24,000 bases of DNA from Aliidongia sp. (lineage in GTDB: Bacteria > Pseudomonadota > Alphaproteobacteria > ATCC43930 > CGMCC-115725). The stretch's first letter is position 1. Each line of letters starts with the position of its first letter. The stretch spans positions 24,314 through 48,313 of the forward strand of contig JBBCHB010000041.1 of NCBI GenBank assembly GCA_037200015.1. The letters are read 5' to 3'. The notes beneath the pieces are model-generated. The model was not told where the DNA came from. It saw only the letters and a program-made list of their open reading frames with translations, and searched no databases. The translations under genes and the position numbers were made by a program. Positions 17,294-24,000 of this stretch are shown piece after piece.

Positions 17294-19261
17294 TCACAAT
17301 TCCATCTGGCGCCCGATCTCGACGAATTGCCGGACCGGCAGCTGGAAGCGGTCGACGGCATGGATCGCGTTGCGGTTCAGGAAGCCGAACAGCGTCACGC
17401 GCCAGCCGGAGAGCAGGGCCGGGCCGGTCAGGCTGTGCACCACCTCGTCCGCCGCGCCGAAATAGATCGCCTTGTCGAGCTCGATCATGCAGCCCATGTC
17501 GCGCGCGCATTCCAGCGCCGCCGGCAGATTCGGCACCTCCAGGAAGCCGAAATGCACCGTGACGTGCCAGAAATTCTCGGCGACATGGTCGATCGCGATC
17601 CGGTCGCAGCCGTCGAGCCGGGGTACCTCCTCGAAGCGCACGGTCAGGCTGACCAGGCTTTTATGCAAGGCGCCGAACTGCTTGGCATGCCAGGCCAGGA
17701 GCGGCGGCACCGGCGCCGCCGATCGGCTGAGAAACACCGCCGTGCCGTCGATGCGCGGAAACGCGCCGGCCTGCAGCTTGCGCAGGAACTCCTCCGGGTC
17801 AGGCGCCCGTTCGAACAGCCGCGTCCGCACCGCGGTCACGCCTTTGCGCCAAGTCGTCATGATCAGAAAGACGCCGCTGCCGAACAGCAGCGGGATCCAG
17901 CCGCCCTCGGCGATCTTCAGCAGATTGGCGGCGAAGAACCCCAGATCGACGATCAGGAAGGCGCCGCAGACCGCGAGCACGAGCGGCAGCGACCAGTGCC
18001 AGCGCTCGCGCATCGCCGTACCGAGCAGGATCGTGGTCAGCAGCATGGTCGTCGAGACCGCCGTGCCATAGGCCCCGGCCAGCCGGTCCGAACTGCCGAA
18101 ACCGATGGTCAGCGCGATGGTGAACACCATCATCACCCAATTCACCGTCGGCACGTAGATCTGGCCGTATTCGCGGTCCGATGTCTGATGGATCCACAGG
18201 CCGGGGAACCAGCCGAGCTGCATGGCCTGGCGCGTCAGCGAGAACGAGCCGGTGATGATCGCCTGGCTGGCGATGATGGTGGCCAGCGTCGCCAGCCCGA
18301 CCATCGGATAGAGGCCCCAGCCCGGCACGATCTTGAAGAACGGGTTGTCGGTCATGTCCGGCTGATCGAGCAGCAGGGCCGTCTGGCCGGCATAGCTCAG
18401 CAGCAGCGCCGGCAGCACGAGGCCGTACCAGGACGACCGGATCGGGTTGCGGCCGATATGGCCCATATCGGCATAGAGCGCCTCGCCGCCGGTCACGGCC
18501 AGGAACACGCCGCCCAGCGCGGCGAAGCTGCCCCAGCCGTGATCGGCCAGGAAGCGGACGGCATGGACCGGATTGACCGCGGCGACGACCGCCGGATGCC
18601 GGACGACACCGACCGCGCCGATCACACCGATCGTGACGAACCACAGTGTCATGACCGGCCCGAAGATCTTGCCGATGCGCGCCGTGCCGAGTTGCTGGCA
18701 GCCGAACAGCCCAAGCAGGATGGCGACTGCGACCGGCATGATGAAAGGCTTCAGCGCCGGCGTCGCGACATTGACGCCTTCGAGCGCGCTCAGCACCGAG
18801 ATCGCCGGGGTGATGATGCCGTCGCCATAGATCAGCGCGGCGCCGAACAGCCCGCAGGTGACCAGGAACAGGCCCTTCTCGCCGCTGTTGCGCCCGACCA
18901 GCGACATCAGCGCCAGGATGCCGCCCTCGCCGTGATTGTCGGCGCGCATGACGAAGACGCAGTATTTGAGCGAGATCGTGATCAGCAGCGCCCAGAAGAT
19001 CAGCGACAGGATGCCGAGCGCGAATTCCGGCGTGAGATGCCCGCCGGACGCGCCGATCACCGCCTGCAGCGTGTAAAGCGGGCTGGTGCCGAGATCGCCA
19101 TAGACGATGCCGAGCGCAGCCAGCGCCGCGCCGGCGTGGTGCCGGCCGCCTTCTGCTCCGTCCGAATCTTGCCTGGGGCCTGGGCTGCGCTGACGGTCAT
19201 CCGCTTGCTCCGCATGGATGTGGTCGTTCGGGCGGGACCCGAGTATGGCCCGCTTGCCCAT
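17294..19261 (-). CDS. kup: KUP/HAK/KT-family potassium uptake transporter
   Basis: 655 aa with LGIVYGDLGTSPLYTLQ near the N-terminus, about 12 hydrophobic segments, and a cytoplasmic C-terminal domain. Uninterrupted. Confidence 0.95.
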   Translation of the reverse strand: MGKRAILGSRPNDHIHAEQADDRQRSPGPRQDSDGAEGGRHHAGAALAALGIVYGDLGTSPLYTLQAVIGASGGHLTPEFALGILSLIFWALLITISLKYCVFVMRADNHGEGGILALMSLVGRNSGEKGLFLVTCGLFGAALIYGDGIITPAISVLSALEGVNVATPALKPFIMPVAVAILLGLFGCQQLGTARIGKIFGPVMTLWFVTIGVIGAVGVVRHPAVVAAVNPVHAVRFLADHGWGSFAALGGVFLAVTGGEALYADMGHIGRNPIRSSWYGLVLPALLLSYAGQTALLLDQPDMTDNPFFKIVPGWGLYPMVGLATLATIIASQAIITGSFSLTRQAMQLGWFPGLWIHQTSDREYGQIYVPTVNWVMMVFTIALTIGFGSSDRLAGAYGTAVSTTMLLTTILLGTAMRERWHWSLPLVLAVCGAFLIVDLGFFAANLLKIAEGGWIPLLFGSGVFLIMTTWRKGVTAVRTRLFERAPDPEEFLRKLQAGAFPRIDGTAVFLSRSAAPVPPLLAWHAKQFGALHKSLVSLTVRFEEVPRLDGCDRIAIDHVAENFWHVTVHFGFLEVPNLPAALECARDMGCMIELDKAIYFGAADEVVHSLTGPALLSGWRVTLFGFLNRNAIHAVDRFQLPVRQFVEIGRQMEL

Positions 19262-19403
19262 GCCTGACTAACCGCCGAAAGCGGAAACCGCTCCCGGGGC
19301 CATCATGCCGCAGCGGATCTGGGGGATAGGCTGTGTCTCCGCCTGCGCGCATTTCGAGCATATTCGCCGGGGTTTCCACAAGCGCACAATTGAGTGGCAC
19401 CCA

Positions 19404-19427
19404 GTGGGGCGGGCGTCCCGCCCGCCA
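19404..19427. repeat. REP copy (same family as the RAYT flanks)
   Basis: gtggggcgggcgtcccgcccgcca compared with gtggggcgggcgtctcgcccgcca at 16639-16662. Confidence 0.7.
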
Positions 19428-19474
19428 GCCGGCATAGCCTTTCGCGCGAGAGAATTGCGGGCTCATGCCGGCAA

Positions 19475-19498
19475 GGCGGGCGGGGACGCCCGCTCCAC
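19475..19498. repeat. REP copy, inverted relative to 19404-19427, slightly degenerate
   Basis: ggcgggcggggacgcccgctccac compared with ggcgggcgaaacgcccgccccac at 17244-17266. It forms an inverted REP pair with 19404-19427, with a 47-bp spacer. Confidence 0.6.
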
Positions 19499-19606
19499 TG
19501 AAGAGCGGAGCCGGCGGCAATATCTTTACAGCCTCGACCCGTCACGCCGGCGGGTCGGCCCCGCTCTGCGGCGGCATCGCCTGGGGCTCAGCCGCCGCAG
19601 CCGGCG

Positions 19607-20485
19607 CTATGGCTTTGCGCCGCGCCTCGCCTTCCATTTGGGCGATGTATATTGCGGCCAATTCGGGATCGGCCGTTCATTGCGGATCGCGAGTTCGTTT
19701 TGAACGGAAACCGGCGGCGAAAGAGAGGGGTCCAGATCGCCGAAATACATCCGGGCATAATTGGGCCTGACGCCACGGTCGCGGATGAAGGCGGATCCGA
19801 CCTCCTCGGCCGAATCCTTCAACAACCGCTTGTCGTGCCGGCCGCTGGCCAGCTCCGCGCGCAGCTCGGCCAGCAGATCCTCGATATCGTCCGGCATGAG
19901 CCGCATGTCGAAGGGCAGCGCCTCCGCAGCGTAACGCTCTGCCGCCTCGCGACGTTCGGCCAGCTCCTTGGCCGGATCGGGCTTGCACCACCGGCTGCGC
20001 GGGCGCTCGGGCGCGGGCGGCGGGGTGTCGGAACCGGATGGGTCGGGCTGCGTCTCGGACGGCGGCGCCGCCAGATCCTCAAGCAGCTTCAGCTCCAGCG
20101 CGATATCGTAGCGCGCGAGCCGGCTCAGGCGGAACAGCGCCAGCGACATCTCGCCGGGCGGAGTCGCCCGCGGCGGCGCTTCGCTCGACACTTCGGCCGC
20201 TGGAGCCTCGGCCGCCGGCATCTCCGCCGCCGGGATCTCGATCAAGGCGTCCTTCGCCGCCTCCGCCCGCGCCTCGGCGCCAAGCGCACGCCGCTCCTCG
20301 GCCGCATCCCGCCGGTTCATCCGTTCCGCCGCTTCGAGCGCCAGTTCGGTAAACCGCCGCAGCGTCCGGACATGCAGCTCGGTCCGCGCCGCCACCGTCT
20401 CGCCGGCAAGGCAAGACGCGCCATCCGGCAGCGGATCGCTGGGCGGCGCCTCAGGCGCGGGTTGGAACGAGGGCAAATCTTCCAT
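19607..20485 (-). CDS. hypothetical Ala/Glu/Pro-rich protein (about 292 aa), family not recognised
   Basis: Long uninterrupted ORF with normal acidic/helical composition. Its antisense ORF is Arg-rich junk. Possible starts are at 20485, 20497 and 20512, and an AT-rich stretch lies just upstream. Confidence 0.5.
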   Translation of the reverse strand: MEDLPSFQPAPEAPPSDPLPDGASCLAGETVAARTELHVRTLRRFTELALEAAERMNRRDAAEERRALGAEARAEAAKDALIEIPAAEMPAAEAPAAEVSSEAPPRATPPGEMSLALFRLSRLARYDIALELKLLEDLAAPPSETQPDPSGSDTPPPAPERPRSRWCKPDPAKELAERREAAERYAAEALPFDMRLMPDDIEDLLAELRAELASGRHDKRLLKDSAEEVGSAFIRDRGVRPNYARMYFGDLDPSLSPPVSVQNELAIRNERPIPNWPQYTSPKWKARRGAKP

Positions 20486-20628
20486 AGAACAAATCATATA
20501 CAATCTGTCCATTCGCGAGGCAAGCCGTTTTTATCGAGGCCGGCTCCAAGGCGAGAGGCGTCCGGTAAGCCCATTCGGTCTGCTTCGGTGATGAGTACGT
20601 GATCGGCGGGATGTGGCCCCCTTTTTGT

Positions 20629-20659
20629 CGTCATGGCCGGGCTTATCCCGGTGATGACG
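20629..20659. repeat. imperfect hairpin / REP-like miniature element
   Basis: cgtcatGGccggg-cttat-cccggTGatgacg has stems cgtcat/atgacg and ccggg/cccgg. It resembles the gtcat..cccggg..atgac intergenic repeats common in Rhizobiales (from memory). Confidence 0.35.
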
Positions 20660-20772
20660 GTCAGAGGGAAGCGAGCATCGGCGACATTTGTTAGAGACCC
20701 AGCACTAGCCGCCCGCGATCCTGCCGTCGGCGCCAAGCGGAGTCAGACATATTTGCAACGGACGGCGTGCCC

Positions 20773-21084
20773 CTATACCCCGCCAAGCAGACGCCGGGCC
20801 GCCGGGGTCCACGCACCGGGATCTTCATCGAGCAGATGGTTGAGGGCGACCGCTTCCGGATCTGCCGCGGTCGCCTGACGACAAAGGGCCTCGACGAACG
20901 CCTCAGGCATTTCGGTGATGGCGAACGCCATGCGGTCGCGACGTTTGAGGCGCCGATATTCGGCTGCCGACATCAGCACCAAGCAATCGCGGCCATGATT
21001 GGTGATGGCGACCGGATCATGCAGTGCCGCTTCCTGAACTGGACTGACGTTGCGCTGAAGATCCTGGGACGGAATACGGCGCAT
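20773..21084 (-). CDS. Phd/YefM-family type II antitoxin, no cognate toxin evident
   Basis: MRRIPSQDLQRNVSPVQEAALHDPVAITNHGRDCLVLMSAAEYRRLKRRD is a typical Phd/YefM N-terminal fold sequence. The local GC is visibly lower. Confidence 0.75.
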   Translation of the reverse strand: MRRIPSQDLQRNVSPVQEAALHDPVAITNHGRDCLVLMSAAEYRRLKRRDRMAFAITEMPEAFVEALCRQATAADPEAVALNHLLDEDPGAWTPAARRLLGGV

Positions 21085-21155
21085 GCGATAATCCTATATA
21101 AAAATGCCGACGTTTTGGCGCTCTTCATGCACCGCCATGAGAACCGGGAGTTAGC

Positions 21156-21620
21156 TTGATATTCTCGACACACGAATTTTCCGGCATACATATCCGACCT
21201 ATGGAGGCTGCCGATCTACCGTTCATTACCGCACTCGCCGTCCAACTCGGCTATAGCCCGAGCGTGGATCAGGTGATAGAGCGCTTCGACTTGCTCCGGC
21301 CTCAAGCATCGGTGGGATTCTATGTTGCATATACCAATGCGTCGATGGTCGCAGGTTGGATTCATGTCTATGGCGTCCATACCCTGGTCTCGACATCTTA
21401 CGCTGAGATTGGCAGCATTGTCGTTGATGAGGGTGCTACGACTGCGTGGTATAGGGCGCACTTTAATGGAACGAGCGGAGCAGTGGGCGCTCGATCATGA
21501 ATACCAGGAAGTCGCTTGCGCTCTGGCCATCATCGCCTCGAAGCTCATCACTTCTACCGGCGGATCGGCTACGAAGTAGCACGAGCCAGCCATACATTCC
21601 GCCGCCATCTTAAGTCATGA
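21156..21620 (+). pseudogene. GNAT-family acetyltransferase, two compensating frame breaks
   Basis: IHIRPMEAADLPFI...GSIVVDEG (frame A), RLRGIGRTLMERAEQWALDHEYQEV (motif A, frame B), LRSGHHRLEAHHFYRRIGYEV...* (frame A again). Breaks are near 21438 and 21514-21516. The TTG start at 21156 is tentative. Confidence 0.7.
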
Positions 21621-21849
21621 TCTCGCGGCCTTCTTACGTAGAAGGAAACGACGAAGATGCGACAGCCTTGGCTAGAGCAGAGCCTGCGAAAGTTTGTGAC
21701 CGTTCATCGGGACAAGTCGGCGATGCCGATCTACCCAAGGACGGCCCCACCGCCATCCCCCCACCGAATGCCACGTCCCCTCATTCTCCGTTGGACGGAA
21801 CGCCCCCACCCCGCGACACTGCCCCGAACACAGGCGGAGGGAACGGCCC

Positions 21850-22992
21850 ATGGCCGAGCGCGGCAAGCCGCTCGACGGGATTCTGGTGGTGGCGCTGGAG
21901 CAGGCGGGTCGCGGCGCCCTATTGCAGCGTGCGGCTGGCCGATGCCGGGGCGCGGGTCATCAAGATCGAGCGGCCCGAGGGTGATTTCGCGCGCGGCTAT
22001 GACGCCTCGGTCAAGGGGCTGTCGAGCTATTTCGTCTGGCTCAACCGCGGCAAGGAGAGCCTGGTCGCCGATATCAAGGACCCGGCGGATGCGGCGCTGC
22101 TGCACCGGATCCTGGCGCGGGCCGATGTCTTCATCCAGAACCTGGCGCCGGGGGCCGCGGCGCGGGCCGGCTTCGGCTCGGATGAGCTGCACCGGCGCTA
22201 TCCGCGGCTGATCACGCTCGACGTCTCGGGCTATGGCGCCGGCAACAGCTACACCGAGATGAAGGCCTATGATCTGCTGGTCCAGGCCGAAAGCGGCCTC
22301 GCCTCGATCACCGGGCATCCGGCCGGGCCGGGCCGGGTCGGCGTCTCGGTCTGCGACATTGCTTGCGGCATGGCCTCGCATTCGGCCGTGCTCGAAGCCT
22401 TGATCCAGCGCGGCCGGACCGGCGAAGGCAGCCGGCTCGAAGTCAGCCTGTTCGACGGCATGGCCGATTGGATGAATGTGCCGCTGCTCTATTTCGAAGG
22501 CACCGGCAAACCGGTCGAGCGGGTCGGGCTGGCGCATCCCTCGATCTGTCCTTATGGCGCCTTCGAGACTTCGGACGGCAAGCTCGTGCTGATCTCGATC
22601 CAGAACGAGCGCGAATGGGCAGTTTCTGCGCCCATGTGCTGGACGAGCCGGGCCTGCCGGCGCAGCCGGGCTATGAAAGCAACACCGCGCGGGTCGCCAA
22701 CCGGCCCGAAGTCGATGCCCGCGTTGCCCGCGCGTTCCAGGCGCTGAGCCGCGACGAGGCCGCCGCCCGGCTCGGCACGGCGCGCACGGCCTATGGCTTC
22801 GTCAACGGCCTGCCGGAGCTGGCCGCCCATCCGGCGCTGCGCCGGGCCGCGGTCGAGACGCAGAACGGCCTCGCCTCGATCATCGCGCCGCCGGCGCTGC
22901 GCGACGGCGAAGCGCCCCGGCTCGGCGCGGTGCCGGCGATCGGCGAGCATAGTGCCGGGATCCGCCGGGATTTCGCAGGAGAGGCCGCATGA
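21850..22992 (+). pseudogene. family III CoA-transferase (CaiB/BaiF-like), two compensating frame breaks
   Basis: GGAGGG-led ATG 21850 gives MAERGKPLDGILVVALEQA. It continues VAAPYCSVRLADAGARVIKIERPEGD...ISIQNEREW in ORF 21617-22747, then FCAHVLDEPGL...GEHSAGIRRDFAGEAA* in ORF 22363-22992. Breaks are at GGG 21906-21908 and TTT 22623-22625. Confidence 0.8.
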
Positions 22993-23334
22993 GCCAGCCG
23001 ATCACCGAGGAAGACCTGATCGCCAGCATCGCCGATGCGCTGCAATTCATCTCCTACTACCACCCGGCCGACTACATCCGGCATCTGGCCGGCGCCTGGG
23101 CTGAGGAGGAGAGCCCGGCCGCGCGCAACGCCATGGCTCAGATCCTGGTCAATTCGCGCCTGGCCGCCTATGGCCGCCGGCCGATCTGCCAGGATACCGG
23201 CGTCGCGAATGTCTTCATGAAGATTGGCATGGGTGCGCGCTTCGCGACCGATCGGCCGCTCGGCGAGCTGGTCGATGAGGGCGTGCGCCGGCCTGGAAGA
23301 ACGAGGCCAATCCGCTGCGCGCCTCGATGGTGGC
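22989..23334 (+). pseudogene. class I (Fe-S) fumarate hydratase / tartrate dehydratase alpha-type, N-terminal fragment only
   Basis: MSQPITEEDLIASIADALQFISYYHPADYIRHL...[19 protein letters not shown]...LVDEGVRR, then (after a break near 23290-23292) [14 protein letters not shown]. Homology stops near 23334, where the sequence becomes antisense cmk. The ATGA overlap with the CoA-transferase stop implies an operon. Confidence 0.7.
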
Positions 23335-23945
23335 GAAAACGGCGTCGGCGTCGAGCGCCGAGGTGTCGATCAGCACGGCATCCTCGGCCGGCTTGAGCGG
23401 CGCCGTCGCGCGCGCACTGTCGCGGGCGTCGCGTGCCTGCAGATCGGCCAGCACGGCGGCGGCGTCGCCCGGCTCGCCGCGTGCCGCCAATTCCTTGAAG
23501 CGCCGCTCGGCCCGAGCGCCGATATCCGCCGTGACGAACAGCTTGAGCGGCGCGTCCGGGCAGACCACCGTGCCGATATCGCGCCCATCGAGCACGGCAC
23601 CGCGTTTGCCGGCGGGTGGCTCGGATGCGAAGCGGCGTTGGAAGTCGAGCAGCAGCGCCAGCGCACGCCCGGATGGGCCGCCACGACCGAGGAGGCACGG
23701 GCGACATCCTCGTCGCGCAGCCGCGGATCGCTGAGACTCGTCGGATCGAGACGGTGAGCGCAAGCCTCTGCCACCGCGGCATCGGCCGGCGCGTGTCCGG
23801 CCGCCAGCACATCGCGGGCGACGGCCCGGTAGATCGCCCCGGTGTCGAGATAAGCGAGATCGAAACGGTCGGCCAGACGCCGCGCCAGCGTGCCCTTGCC
23901 GGAGGCCGCCGGCCCGTCGATCGCGATGGTGAGGGTCCGGCTCAC
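23215..23945 (-). pseudogene. cmk: cytidylate kinase, one frame break as assembled; 3' end uncertain
   Basis: GTG 23945 gives [25 protein letters not shown] (P-loop) ...AAHPGVR. After a break near 23660 it continues [11 protein letters not shown]...[23 protein letters not shown]...[19 protein letters not shown]. The tail beyond about 23320 is read from antisense fumarate-hydratase sequence. Confidence 0.8.
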
Positions 23946-24000
23946 GACACCGGCTCGACCGAAGCGCCAAGCTTGCCCATCAGGCCGGCGAAATCGGGGA
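23942..24000 (-). CDS. aroA: 3-phosphoshikimate 1-carboxyvinyltransferase, C-terminal end (partial at window edge)
   Basis: ...[18 protein letters not shown]. Its stop overlaps the cmk GTG (GTGA). aroA-cmk adjacency is the usual proteobacterial arrangement. Confidence 0.6.
   Translation of the reverse strand, partial: PDFAGLMGKLGASVEPVS

Noticed and set aside
17327-19267. 646-aa ORF on the + strand
   Set aside because: It is exactly antisense to kup. The translation is Arg/Asp/His/Gln-rich low complexity (RRRRSAEKHRR, DRRGDDAVA) with no family features. This is a typical shadow ORF of a GC-rich gene.
20494-20736. 80-aa ORF downstream of the Phd-like gene as the missing toxin
   Set aside because: It has no RelE, ParE, YoeB, Doc or PIN-like motifs. 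Much of it is translated from a hairpin repeat, and there is no start coupling to the antitoxin stop.
20773-21620. Phd-like antitoxin plus GNAT as a GNAT-toxin TA pair (TacT/AtaT type)
   Set aside because: The genes are divergent rather than co-operonic. Known GNAT toxins pair with RHH/DUF1778-type antitoxins encoded upstream on the same strand. The GNAT also shows two frame breaks.
1-24000. CRISPR arrays, tRNA or rRNA genes
   Set aside because: I saw no regularly spaced direct repeats and no cloverleaf-like or rRNA-like segments. The only short repeats are the REP, IS and operator elements listed above.

Overview
GC-rich segment (about two-thirds G+C by eye, not computed) whose gene content looks like an alphaproteobacterial, Rhizobiales-type chromosome; that assignment is inference. 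It is mostly accessory metabolism mixed with small mobile or selfish elements. Left to right: a small membrane ORF; an IS701-family insertion sequence with a decayed transposase; an SMP-30/gluconolactonase plus diheme cytochrome c operon divergent from an AlkB-like membrane di-iron hydroxylase; an amidase; a two-gene R-body (reb) locus; a GNAT; a secreted alpha/beta hydrolase; a DUF1932-type oxidoreductase; a yefM-yoeB toxin-antitoxin module with a clear promoter/operator; an esterase; an SDR divergent from a LysR regulator; an IorA/IorB-type molybdo-dehydrogenase; a REP-associated tyrosine transposase (RAYT) flanked by inverted REPs; kup; a REP pair; an unrecognised Ala/Glu/Pro-rich protein; a lower-GC islet with an orphan Phd-type antitoxin and a broken GNAT; a family III CoA-transferase; a truncated class I fumarate hydratase fragment abutting cmk; and the 3' end of aroA. 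No tRNA, rRNA or CRISPR array was seen. The most interesting element is the reb locus at 6553-7569: one canonical RebB-like subunit followed by a gene fusing two more RebB-like domains. About 18 single-nucleotide frame breaks sit in 10 genes, while several long genes are intact. This points to either homopolymer-type assembly errors or real gene decay, and every 'pseudogene' call here carries that caveat. All family assignments come from motif recognition by eye; no searches were run.
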